A DNA stretch of 64,000 nucleotides, taken from positions 21,357 to 85,356 of the forward strand of contig CALCCD010000128.1 of NCBI GenBank assembly GCA_937899645.1, in the 5' to 3' direction. This DNA is from an uncultured cyanobacterium (lineage in GTDB: Bacteria > Cyanobacteriota > Cyanobacteriia > Cyanobacteriales > Geitlerinemataceae). Of this stretch, positions 9,565 through 20,439 are shown piece by piece. The notes under the pieces were generated by a model that worked only from the letters and a program-made list of their open reading frames with translations, made no database searches and was not told the origin of the DNA. How positions within the stretch are numbered: the stretch's first letter is position 1; every line of letters starts with the position of its first letter. Position numbers and translations under genes: made by a program.

Positions 9565-12500
9565 TCAGGTCGGGCTCGGGGAGTTGTCTTCGACGTCTTC
9601 GGGCCATGCTGACGTCACGTCCAGCGGAATGGCCACCTCGAATACCGTACCCCGTCCGAGTTCCGACTCGCAGGTCAGGCAGCCGCCGTGAGTATCGACG
9701 ACGATCTGGTGAGAGATCGAGAGGCCGAGGCCCGTACCTTTATTGACGTCCTTGGTGGTGAACAGGCGCTCGAAGATGCGATCGCGCACCTCCGGCGGCA
9801 TGCCCGGCCCGTTATCGCAGATGCGGATGACCGCCTCGCGATCGTCGCGCACCGAAGTCTCGATGGAGATCCGACAGCCGGAGAGTTTTTTGCCTTCCCA
9901 GAAAAAGTCTTCTGGCAAGGGCGTGTCGTCAGCGTGGCAATCGGCGTAGCGCTCGGCCAACTCGTCAAAGGCATCGACGGCATTGGCGATCGTATTGGTA
10001 AACACCTGGTTGAGCTGACCGGCGTAGCAGACGACTTCCGGCAGCTCGCCGTAGGTTTGGACGACCTCGACGCTTGTCCGCCGATCGGTGAACTTCAGGC
10101 GTGGCTTGAGGATCATCAGCGTACTGTCGAGACCCTCGTGGAGGTTGACGGCGACGGGGCGCGACGTGTCCGAGCGCGAGAACGTCCGCAGGGATTTGCT
10201 GATCTGGCGGATGCGATCGGTGCCGACCTTCATCGAACTCAGCAGCTTCGGTAGGTCTTCGCTAATAAACTCGAACTCCAAATCTTCGAGGGCGGCTTCG
10301 ATTTCTTCGGTATCTTCGCCCGGCGCTGCCTGGTAGTGCCCGATAAGCTCCAGCAGATCGTCTACGTAGCCGCGCGCGTGGTTGAGGTTGGCGTCGATAA
10401 AGCCGATCGGATTGTTGATTTCGTGGGCGACCCCGGCGACGAGTTGGCCGAGGGTGGCCATTTTTTCGCTTTGAACGAGCTGGAGCTGGGTTTCCTGAAG
10501 TTCGGCAAAGGAGCGATCGAGTTCGATGGCGCGTTCTCGCTCGCGCTGCTCGGACTGGCGGAGGGTGTCGTAGAGTTGGGCGTTTTCCAGGGCGATCGCC
10601 GCCTGAGCGCAGATCAGCATCAACAGCCCGAGGCGATCGTCGGTAAACGCGCCCGCCGTCAGCACGTTTTCCAGATAGAGCACGCCGAGGAGCTGGCCGT
10701 GGCCCTGGATCGGCGAGCAGAGGATCGACTTGGGCCGCACTCGCTGGATATAGGGATCGTTGGCGAAGGTGCGATCGGCGCGCACGTCGTTGAGCAAGAC
10801 GTTGCGGCCCGTGCGGGCGGAGTAGTTGAGCACCGAACTGGGTACGAGGGAGGCGTTGGCAGGTGTGGGCAGTTGCTCCTCACCGTCGGCGGGCGCGCCG
10901 CCTCGCTCGATCGCCACTACCGCAAAGATACCGTCGCGCTCGAGGCTGAGGCTGCCCGAGGTCGCGCCCGCATTGGCCAGCACCAGCTTCATCAGCTTAT
11001 CGAGCAGGCGATCGAGATCCATCTCCCCGGCCAGGATCTGGGAGGTTTTGATGGCCGTGTCGATATCGAAGACGACTTCGCGGGTGGGGCGGCGATCGAA
11101 GGTGCGATTGAGGTGTGACTGAGAGGGCATCTCCCGCAGCGATCGCGGCTTCGCGGTGGGCGTTGCGACGGCGATCTCGGCAGCGGGCTCGGCCAAGGCA
11201 ATCCGAGGCGACAGCAGCGCGGCGGCGTGGCGCTCGATCGCCACCGCCCGCAACTGACAGCCCCAGTTGACGTACAACCCGTGGGCTTCCTGGAGGTAAA
11301 CGCGGGCGACAGAGGTATTGTCACGGCTGAGCCAGAGCCGCGCTGTCAGCTCCTTAGCAATCGCGCCGTAGTGGTCGAACTGGCCGCGCTCGGCAATCGC
11401 GATCGCCCGTTCGTAGCCATCGAGGGCCTCGAGGACGCGACCGTCCACCCGCGCGATCTCCGCTGCGAGCAGGGCGTACTGGCACTCGTGCTCGACGACC
11501 TGACGGCGGGCGCGCTTGTCGAACTGCGCCAGCAGCTTCTCGAGGCGGGCGCGCAGGGCGGCGCGATCGCCCCCAACCCGTTTCGGTGCGGGCGCTTCGC
11601 CGAGCGGCAGGGGCGCGAGGGACATCGCGATCGATAATCCCCAATAAAACTCGTGCTGCTCGAGGGCGATAAAGTCGAATAGGGAGGCGGTGTGGCCGTC
11701 GAGGCGCGAGGCCAGGGCGATCGCGGCTTCCTCTTGCCCCGCCAGGTAGCAGTACTGAATCGCATGGACGGCATCGAGTGCGCTGACGATCGAGACGTCG
11801 AAGTAGTCCGGATCGCGCTCGCGCTCGATCGTCGGTTCCGGCGGGCCGGTTTCGCGTCCCTGGAGCCGCTGGAAGTGAGCGCGCAGGCGGGCGATACACG
11901 CCAGCGCCCAGCTATCGCGATGGTACTCGCAAAAAGCCGCGACTTCTTCGAGCCGTTCGAGCAGCTCGCCGAGGCCGACGCCGCGATACAGCCCCAGGGC
12001 CAGCGAGGCCACGCGAATGTAGCCGGAGTACTGTATCTCGCGCGCGTCGAGGGTGTCGATCGCCAGCCGCTCGAGGCGGGGCAGCACGATCGCCAGCGGC
12101 TCGTGCCAGGGCGCGAAGTAAATATCGTGAATCGACTGCATCCGGTGCATCGTGCGCGGCTCGCCGCAGTAGCGCACCATCCGCTGCGCCGCCGCCAGCC
12201 ACACCTGGGCCCGATCGACCTCACCGCAGGTATGAAACAAAATCGCGCCGACCGTATAGGCCGTCATCAGCTCGGGGATGGGCGTCTCGGACTGGGCGAT
12301 CAGCCGCGTGACCAGGGCCGCAAGGCGCTCGGGGCGTCCGGAGAGGGCAGCGGGGGCCAGAGCCTGCTCGAGCAGCGTGGCGATCGCACTGCGCTTGGCA
12401 GTGCGACTGTCGGCGATCTCGGCGACGGAGATCGTACTTAGAGGCGTCGGCCACTGGGCAATCTGCTCCTGCCAGGGCGTTCCGTCTTCGAGTTCGAGGG

Positions 12501-15141
12501 AAATCCCGAGCTGAGCCGCGCCCGCGTTCAGGGTCTGCCAGAGGGCCTCGTAGTCGCCGCGCATGGTCTGCTCGACCACGATGAGAGAGTAGAGCGCAGC
12601 CAGATCTTGGGGCCGCTCGGCTTCGGGCAGGAGCTTGTAGATGCAGCGCTCGGACTGCTCGAGCTTGCCCTGGAGGTAGTAGAGCGTAGCGTGTTCGAGT
12701 TCGAGTTCGAGGCTCAGGTACGGGGCGCTGGCATCCAGGTCGAGCGTGACTTCGGTTAGGGCACTCAGTCCGGCTTCGCAGTAGGTCAAGGCGATTTCGT
12801 ACTCGCCTTCCTGTTTGGCCTGGTGAGCCGCCGCCAGGTTCAGTCGCGCGCGATCGATGCGATCGCGATCGTTGTCGATCGCCGCCGCTCCAGCGTTCCA
12901 CTGGTACACCAGGTCGGGCAGGTGCTGGCGCGACTGTTCTAGTTCGTCCGGCGCGCCCAGTTCGGCCAGCAGCAGTCGCCCGATGCGTAAGTGAATTCCG
13001 GGGCGTTCGGCTTCGTCGGTGGCTTGGTAGGCCGCCTGGCGCACCAGGTCGTGCAAAAACTGGTAGCTGGCTTCGCCGACAGGTCTAGATTTATCGTCGC
13101 GGCGCGGCTCCGAACTCAGCGACGGGTAGAGCAGGCCGTCGACGATCGCCGGGGTCAGCTCGTGGAGCACCTCGAGGACGGAGAGCTGGCACAGCTGGGC
13201 GAGCTGGTTTACCTCGAAGGTGCGCCCGAGGAACGCCCCGAAGCTGAGAACGCGTCGTGGTTGTTCGGGCAGGCGGCAGAGCTTGTCGAGCATCAGGTCG
13301 AGCACGTTATCGGTGATCGCCTGGGTACGCACGCGCTCTAAGTCCCACTGCCAGCTTTTCGATTCATCGTCGAAGTGCAGCAGCTCTTCGTTGTAGAGCG
13401 TCTTGAGGAACTCGCGGACGAAGAACGGGTTGCCGTTGGTTTTTTGGTAGACCAGCGAGGCGATCGGCACCACGGATTTAGGCGTCTGCTGGAGCGTGTC
13501 GGCCACCAGCGCCACTGTCGAGGTGATGTCGAGCGAGGCCAGGGCGATCGACTCGACACTCGCGCCGCGCTCGCGCAGCCGCATGCCGCAGGCTTCGATT
13601 TGCGAGCGGCGCTCGTCCGGACGGTAAACGCCCACCACCGTCAGCGATCGCACTTGCGGGTCTCCGAGCAGCTCCTCGATAAATTGCAGCGTCGAGGCGT
13701 CGGCCCACTGCAAATCGTCGAGCAGGATGGCGATCGGGTAGCGGCTGTCGCCCAGCGCCCGAAAAAAGCGCTGGAGCACGAACAAAAATGAAGTCGGCTC
13801 GATCGGCGGCGGCTCGCGGTAAGTCTCGACTTCGATCGCGAAGCGCAAGTCCGGGACGATTTGCTCCAGGGCGGGCAAGTCAGGGCCGAGGGACTCGCGC
13901 AAATGGGCGCGCCACTCGCTGACGCGCGCTTCGGTTTCCGTCAGGAGCTGCCGCGCGAAGGCTTGGGCGGCCTGCACGAAAGCTGCATAGGTCAGCTCGT
14001 TAGGGTTGGACTCGAAGCGCCCGCTCAGCACGTAGCCGTACTGGGGCGAGATCGGCTTAAAGCTCTCGGCAATCAGGCTCGACTTGCCGATCCCCCCTTC
14101 CCCAGACACCAAGATCAACTCCGGCGGTGACTGTAGCGCGATCGAGCCGGTGGGGTCGAACATGCCGATGCGACGAAAGCTCTCGGCCAAACAGCTCAGC
14201 TCGGCCTCGCGGCCGTAGAGGCGATTCGGTAGCCGCAGACGATCGATCGCGTCGTGTTCGGCCAGGATCAGTGGCTCGATCTCCCCGGTCGCCTCCCACT
14301 GGATCAAGCACAGCACCAGATCGGTCTGCAAGCCCCAGGCCGTCTGGTAGCGATCCTCGGGCATTTTGGCGAGCAGCTTACCGACGATCGCGCCGACCGG
14401 GCCGGGAATCGTCGGGTCGATATCGCTGGCCAGGGGAGGCGTCTGGGCGATATGGGCGTGTACTAGCTCGAACGGGTCGCGGGTGCGAAAGGGCAGAAAG
14501 CCCGTCAGCAGCTCGAAGAGGGTCACGCCCAAGGCGTAAAAGTCCGTACGGTAGTCAGTGTCCCAATTGACGCGGCCCGTCTGCTCCGGGGCAACGAAGG
14601 CCAGCGCCTGAACGGCCTGCAAGTTCGGATCGCAGCGGCGCTCGACGGACACCGCCAGCGGCTCGCACGCCACCCGCTCGTCTTTGACCTGGACGGCGCG
14701 GCTGAAGTTCGCCAGCGTTAGCGTCTCGGTCTCCGGGTCGAAGAGGATGTTCGCAGGGGAAATATTGCAGTGGGCGATGCGCGCGGCGTGAACCTGGCCG
14801 ACGATCTCAGCCAAGCGGCTGGCGATCGTCAAGAACGTCCCTAGGTCGGTGCGCCCGGTACGCGAGGTCAAGAAGTGGCCGCCGGGATCTTCAAACACCA
14901 GGGCGGGAACTTCGCACTCCAGCAGCGCCTCGATCGCCACCGCCGCTCCGTCGATTTCCGCCTCGCGCAGCAGCATCCACTCGTGCCGATAGCGAGCGAC
15001 CTCGTGGGAGCCGAGGGCCGCAGGCTTCGGTGTCTTAACCAGCACCGGGCGATTGTCACACAGCCGTCGCCCGCGATAAATCCAAGAAGCTGGCGTTTCG
15101 CCAAGCTCGCACTCCAAACTGTAGCCAGGTAAATCGATCAT
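9565..15141 (-). CDS. Multidomain Ser/Thr kinase - AAA/STAND ATPase - TPR-like - GAF - histidine kinase
   Basis: Kinase motifs [11 protein letters not shown] and APEQ, P-loop [10 protein letters not shown], a long helical repeat region and a GAF domain. H-box [14 protein letters not shown] and HATPase [13 protein letters not shown]. Start trimmed to the ATG at 15141 (MIDLPGYSL). Confidence 0.85.
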   Translation of the reverse strand: [1858 protein letters not shown]

Positions 15142-15587
15142 TGCGCGAAAGCCACAAACAGAGCGAAGAGAGCAGAGACGTAACGGCTCCGACAGCCGCC
15201 TTGCAACGTTGGCCAACGGCGTGGGTGGCCACGACTAATCGGGCAGATGCTTCAGCGCAAAACGGGCAGTGAAGCGTTGCTCGGAGCGCGGCGATCGCGA
15301 GGCGCGAAACCGTCGTTCCGCTGCCGATCGCCCACTTGTAGGCGCGGCTCGTAGTGCCCAAATCTTCATGCTATATTCTAGCAATCTCAAATTTGACCTC
15401 CCAATTTTACGACGAGAGTTCGTGCAGGTTACGCATGGATTTCAGGGGCGATTCAGCATGGAATTTCCCAGCCATGACAAAGTTTCCTCACAATTGGGAG
15501 CTTCGGACGGTGCGCGGGTTGTTCGACATCTCGGGGCCATCCTAACTTCGAGGTTTTATAGTTCTTGCTGCGCGAGCCGCCATCGGG

Positions 15588-16511
15588 ATGAATTCACTGA
15601 CAGGACGCGATCTACTGACGCTCAACGACCTGAGTTCGGACGAGCTGACCGGTTTGCTAGATCTGGCGGCCAAGCTTAAGGCGGGAGAGGTTGCACCTCA
15701 GTGTCCCGGCAAGGTGCTCGGCTTGCTGTTCTCGAAGGCATCGACTCGCACGCGCGTGAGCTTTTCGGTTGCCATGTATCAGATGGGCGGCCAGATCGTC
15801 GACCTCAACCCCAGCGTTACCCAGGTGGGGCGTGGCGAACCGCTCGTCGATACGGCACGGGTGCTCGATCGCTACGTGGACGCGATCGCCATCCGCACCT
15901 TTGAGCAAAGCGACCTGCAAACCTTCGCCGACTGCGCAGAGATTCCCGTGATCAACGCCCTGACCGATCTGGCTCACCCCTGCCAGACCCTGGCGGACTT
16001 GCAGACAATGCATGAAGCTTTCGGGCAGCTCGCCGGTCTGACGCTGACTTACATCGGCGATGGCAATAACGTGGCGCACTCGCTGATGTTGGGCTGTGCG
16101 CTGGCGGGCGTCCACGTGCGTATCGCCACGCCGGAAAACTTCGAGCCGCTGCCCGAGATTACCGAGCTGGCGAAGCAGCTAGCGGGCGATCGCAGCGACG
16201 TCGTCCTCACCCCCGACGTTAAGGCCGCCTCCGAGGGTGCGCACGCGCTCTACACCGACGTTTGGGCCAGCATGGGACAAGAAACTGAAGCCGACGATCG
16301 CGCGCCGATTTTCGCAGACTACCAAATCAACGACAAACTGATCGGGCTGGCCGATCCCGAGTCGATCGTGCTGCACTGCCTACCCGCTCACCGGGGTGAA
16401 GAAATCACCGAAGCGGCGATGGAAGGCTCCCACTCGCGCATTTGGGATCAAGCCGAGAACCGCATGCACGCCCAGAAAGCCCTCCTCGCAAGCCTCCTCG
16501 GTTTGGTGTAG
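15588..16511 (+). CDS. argF: Ornithine carbamoyltransferase
   Basis: STRTRVSF carbamoyl-phosphate motif, HPCQ and HCLPAHRGEE motifs. 307 aa. Confidence 0.9.
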   Translation: MNSLTGRDLLTLNDLSSDELTGLLDLAAKLKAGEVAPQCPGKVLGLLFSKASTRTRVSFSVAMYQMGGQIVDLNPSVTQVGRGEPLVDTARVLDRYVDAIAIRTFEQSDLQTFADCAEIPVINALTDLAHPCQTLADLQTMHEAFGQLAGLTLTYIGDGNNVAHSLMLGCALAGVHVRIATPENFEPLPEITELAKQLAGDRSDVVLTPDVKAASEGAHALYTDVWASMGQETEADDRAPIFADYQINDKLIGLADPESIVLHCLPAHRGEEITEAAMEGSHSRIWDQAENRMHAQKALLASLLGLV

Positions 16512-16621
16512 CTTACGAGTAAGTTTCGCGAGCGCCCGCTACGGTCATTGCGTTTTGCCGATCGCGAGCGCCCGCCACATGTCGTTCCTCCGCCCCACGT
16601 CCACCGGACGTTCAACCTGCG

Positions 16622-17851
16622 ATGACTTCAGTCAGCGAAGCGCCCGTGATGAGCGCCCCGAAACTCGGCATGCCCGTGACGATCGTCACCGGTTTCCTGG
16701 GCAGCGGTAAAACGACCCTGCTCAACCACATCCTGTTGAACCAACAGGGCGTCAAGACTGCGATCCTCGTCAATGAGTTCGGCGAAATCGGCATCGACAA
16801 CGACCTGATCGTCTCCACTGATGAAAGCACGATCGAGCTGAGCAACGGCTGTATCTGCTGCACGATCAACAGCGATCTACTCGACGCCGTGTATAAAGTC
16901 CTCGAACGCGACGACAAAGTTGACTACCTGATCGTCGAGACGACCGGCGTCGCCGACCCGCTGCCCGTGGCGCTGACCTTCCTGGGAACCGAACTGCGCG
17001 ACCTCACCAGGCTCGATTCGATCGTCACTCTAGTAGACTGCGAAAACTACAGCCTCGACTTGTTCAACAGCGAAGCGGCCTACAGCCAAATTGCCTACGG
17101 CGACATCATCCTGCTGAACAAAACCGATCTGGTAGACGAAGCGAAAGTAGACCACCTAGAGACACGGGTGCGGGATATCAAGAGCGACGCGCGCATCCTG
17201 CGGACGACCCACTCTAAGACTGCGCTGCCGCTGATCCTCAGTGTCGGCTTGTTCGAGTCGGACAAGTACTTCGAGTCCGAGAAGTCCGATCGTTCCCACG
17301 ACCATCACGACCATTCTCACGACCACAGCAGCTCGCACGACCACTCGCACGACCACGATGGCGGCGGCGAACCAGGCGGCACCGATGAGACTCACAATCA
17401 TTCGCACGACCACGGCCACCACGACCACGGCCATCACGACCACGACCATCACGGGCACGACCATCACGGGCACGACCACGACCATCACGGGCACGACCAT
17501 CACGACCACAGCCACAGCGACCACCTAACGATTGACGGGTTCGTGTCAGTCTCGTTCCAGAGCGATCGCCCGTTCGATATTCGCAAGTTTCAGTACTTCC
17601 TAGACAACCAGCTCCCGGAGAATATCTTCCGCTCGAAGGGCATCCTTTGGTTCGAGGAAAGCCCCGCCCGCCATATCTTCCACCTGAGCGGCAAGCGTTT
17701 TACGATCGAAGATGACGACTGGCCCGCAGGCGCAACGCCAAGCAACCAGATCGTGTTTATCGGTCAAGACCTCGATCGCGAGACCCTGCTCGGATACATC
17801 GAGCACTGCCTGATCCTGGAGACGGCGGGAAGCGATAAAGGCTTCGACTAG
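16622..17851 (+). CDS. COG0523/CobW-family metallochaperone GTPase with a His-rich tract
   Basis: P-loop GFLGSGKTTLLN, a CxCC motif (NGCICCT), a His/Asp-rich insert of about 75 aa, and a CobW C-terminal region. Confidence 0.85.
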   Translation: MTSVSEAPVMSAPKLGMPVTIVTGFLGSGKTTLLNHILLNQQGVKTAILVNEFGEIGIDNDLIVSTDESTIELSNGCICCTINSDLLDAVYKVLERDDKVDYLIVETTGVADPLPVALTFLGTELRDLTRLDSIVTLVDCENYSLDLFNSEAAYSQIAYGDIILLNKTDLVDEAKVDHLETRVRDIKSDARILRTTHSKTALPLILSVGLFESDKYFESEKSDRSHDHHDHSHDHSSSHDHSHDHDGGGEPGGTDETHNHSHDHGHHDHGHHDHDHHGHDHHGHDHDHHGHDHHDHSHSDHLTIDGFVSVSFQSDRPFDIRKFQYFLDNQLPENIFRSKGILWFEESPARHIFHLSGKRFTIEDDDWPAGATPSNQIVFIGQDLDRETLLGYIEHCLILETAGSDKGFD

Positions 17852-17902
17852 CGAGAGCGCTAGATTAGTGGTGAAACCCTGCTCTCTTAACCTCGAACGA
17901 CC

Positions 17903-18394
17903 ATGACCTGGCGCGGCCAAAGCTCCCCACCCGATCGCATCTTTTCGGCACTCGTTTATCTCCTGCCGATTATTCGCGCGCTCCCGTTCGGATTGACGCT
18001 GCTGGGCGCGATCCCCGTACTCGGACAGGTGCTGTTCTTGGCGATCGGGCCGTTTTTGACGCTTTACGCGTTCCTGAGCGGCACGATTCCGTTCTTCGAT
18101 CTGATTGTCTTTTTCGCACTCTATCTCGGCGTCGTGCGCAACTCGCGCTTCAGCTACTTCCTGCGCTACAACGTCATGCAGGCGCTGCTGATCGGTTTCG
18201 CCGTCTCGATCGTCGCCATCTTGACCGGCATCCTGGGCCTCGCGGGCGGTGGCCTCATCGTGCAAACGCTCTACACCGCGACCTTTATCGCAGCATTAGG
18301 CGCGAGCACCTACAGCCTCGTCCGTAGCGCAACCGGCACGTTTCCGGAGCTGCCCGTTATCTCCGACGCGGCCTATCAGTACATCGGCCGCTAA
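17903..18394 (+). CDS. Tic20-like membrane protein
   Basis: DRIFSALVYLLPI ... VVRNSRFSYFLRYNVMQALLIGF matches the conserved Tic20-family pattern. Four predicted TM segments. Confidence 0.7.
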   Translation: MTWRGQSSPPDRIFSALVYLLPIIRALPFGLTLLGAIPVLGQVLFLAIGPFLTLYAFLSGTIPFFDLIVFFALYLGVVRNSRFSYFLRYNVMQALLIGFAVSIVAILTGILGLAGGGLIVQTLYTATFIAALGASTYSLVRSATGTFPELPVISDAAYQYIGR

Positions 18395-18414
18395 ACCGCG
18401 CCGAGGATACGGGC

Positions 18415-18798
18415 CTAGAGCGATTCAGACTGTTCCAAAGTGAGGGGCGATGCCTGCGGGCGATCGTCCCTTTTACGTTCGAGGTGTTGCGCCCCCCAAG
18501 CTTGTAGCGCCGCAATCACGGGCTCGAGGGTTTTGCCGTACTCGGTGATGGAATACTCCACCCGTGGTGGCACTTCTGCGTACACCGTTCGAGAGATTAA
18601 AGATTCCGACTCGAGGTCGCGCAGCTGCTTGGTGAGCATCCGCTGCGTCACTTCTGGAATCAAACGGCGCAGTTCGTTAAAGCGCATCGTTTTTGACATC
18701 AGGTGGAACAAGATAATGCCCTTCCATTTGCCGCCGATAACCTCCAATGCAGCTTCTACCGGGCATCCCTGATTGCAGTCGTATCTATAGTGCGTCAT
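18415..18798 (-). CDS. HxlR-family transcriptional regulator
   Basis: CPVEAALEVIGGKWKGIILFHLMSKTMRFNELRRLIPEVTQRMLTKQLRDLESESLISRTVYAEVPPRVEYSITEYG is the HxlR winged-helix signature. Start trimmed to the ATG at 18798. Confidence 0.8.
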   Translation of the reverse strand: MTHYRYDCNQGCPVEAALEVIGGKWKGIILFHLMSKTMRFNELRRLIPEVTQRMLTKQLRDLESESLISRTVYAEVPPRVEYSITEYGKTLEPVIAALQAWGAQHLERKRDDRPQASPLTLEQSESL

Positions 18799-18914
18799 AC
18801 CTGAAAGCGCTTCAGTGGTATACAAAAGGATACCGTGTATCAAAAATGTGCGGTCTTACACCGATCGAGCGTTCGACTTATTCTGAATTTAGCAGAAAAG
18901 TATGGAGCATTTAG

Positions 18915-19208
18915 ATGAGCGCAGTGCTGACTATTGTCGCCAGAATCGAAGCCGAGCCCGATCGCGTCGATTTCTTCCGTGCAGAGCTTTTGAAGCCGAT
19001 CGGGCCGACCCGTCAAGAAGATGGATGCCTTCAGTACGACCTCCATCAAGACAATAACGATCCGAGCGTGTTTGTATTCTATGAAAATTGGACGAGCCGG
19101 GATCTATGGCAAGTTCATATGAATAATTCTCATATTCAGGAATATCTCAAGAATACGGAAGGTGCGGTTAAATCTTTCGTTCTGAATGAGATGAAGCGAT
19201 GCGATTAG
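18915..19208 (+). CDS. Antibiotic-biosynthesis-monooxygenase (ABM) domain protein, YgiN-like
   Basis: 97 aa with ...EDGCLQYDLHQDNNDPSVFVFYENWTSRDLWQVHMNNSHIQEY, the typical ABM pattern. Divergent from the HxlR gene. Confidence 0.75.
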   Translation: MSAVLTIVARIEAEPDRVDFFRAELLKPIGPTRQEDGCLQYDLHQDNNDPSVFVFYENWTSRDLWQVHMNNSHIQEYLKNTEGAVKSFVLNEMKRCD

Positions 19209-19313
19209 CTCGATCTTTTTAGAGCTATCAGGACTTTGTACGTTTGAGAAATCTCGTACGTTTGAGAAACAATGAGAAATAGCCGGTTGCAGTAATAGCA
19301 AAGAATACAAATT

Positions 19314-20318
19314 ATGAAAGCAGTTGGTTATAAAACGGCAGGCTCGATCGAGGTTTTGCAAGATATCGAACTCGATCGCCCGACCCCGTCCGGTCGCGAC
19401 CTGCTCGTCAAAGTCGAGGCGATCTCCGTCAATCCTGTCGATACGAAGCTGCGCCAGAGCGTCGAGCCGGAAAACGGCGACTGGAAAATCCTCGGGTTCG
19501 ATGCGGCGGGCGTCGTGGAGAGTGTCGGCGAAGCGGTGGAAGGCTTCCAGCCCGGTGATGCGGTGTTCTATGCAGGCTCGATCGCCCGTCCCGGCACGAA
19601 CGCCGAATATCACCTGGTTGACGAGCGCATCGTCGGTCGCAAGCCGGAAAACTCGAACTTCTCCGCAGCGGCAGCGCTTCCACTGACGGCGATTACAGCC
19701 TGGGAGATGCTGTTCGATCGTTTGGAGGTGAAGCGCGCGACGCCGGACGGTGGCGACAAGATTTTGATTATCGGCGGGGCGGGCGGTGTCGGCTCGATCG
19801 CCGTCCAGCTCCTGCGGGCGCTCACCGACTTGACGATTATCGCTACGGCTTCGCGCCCGGAAACCCAGGCTTGGGTGAAAGAGTGCGGCGCGCACTATGC
19901 GATCGACCACCGCCAGCCGATGGCTCCGCAGGTGGAAGCGTTGGGTTTGGGCGCACCCGGTTTCGTATTTTCGACGACCCACTCCGACTCGCACCTGGCC
20001 GACATCGCCGAACTCATCGCGCCCCAGGGTCGCTTCGGCCTTATCGACGACCCCGACCATCTCGACATCAAAGCGCTGAAGCCGAAGGCCGTGTCGCTGC
20101 ACTGGGAGTTTATGTTTGCACGATCGCTATTCGAGACGCCGGACATCAGCGAGCAGGCCAATCTGCTGAACGAAGTGGCAGCGCTTGTGGACGCGGGAAA
20201 AATCAAGTCCACGGCGACGGCGGTAGCAGGCAAGATCGACGCGGCGACGCTGCGCGAAGTCCACGCACAAATCGAGAGCAACTCGACGCGCGGAAAAATC
20301 GTGCTGGAGGGCTTCTAG
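19314..20318 (+). CDS. Zinc-type alcohol dehydrogenase / quinone oxidoreductase (MDR superfamily)
   Basis: KVEAISVNPVDTKLR and the Rossmann motif ILIIGGAGGVGSIAVQL. 334 aa. Confidence 0.8.
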   Translation: MKAVGYKTAGSIEVLQDIELDRPTPSGRDLLVKVEAISVNPVDTKLRQSVEPENGDWKILGFDAAGVVESVGEAVEGFQPGDAVFYAGSIARPGTNAEYHLVDERIVGRKPENSNFSAAAALPLTAITAWEMLFDRLEVKRATPDGGDKILIIGGAGGVGSIAVQLLRALTDLTIIATASRPETQAWVKECGAHYAIDHRQPMAPQVEALGLGAPGFVFSTTHSDSHLADIAELIAPQGRFGLIDDPDHLDIKALKPKAVSLHWEFMFARSLFETPDISEQANLLNEVAALVDAGKIKSTATAVAGKIDAATLREVHAQIESNSTRGKIVLEGF

Positions 20319-20439
20319 CACGGTGTCTCGCCAGCAGTAGGAGCCCGACCTTTTCAAACCAGCTTCTTTAGAAAACGAATTCCTCAACGACCGCAAAGAC
20401 ATTTATCTTGCCGCCGCCGCGCCGGAGGAGAAGTGGGGG

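Noticed and set aside
17270-17525. The extreme His/Asp-rich tract as a novel metal-binding peptide gene or repeat element.
   Set aside because: It is in frame within the COG0523 GTPase. Such His-rich linkers are a known feature of this zinc-chaperone family.
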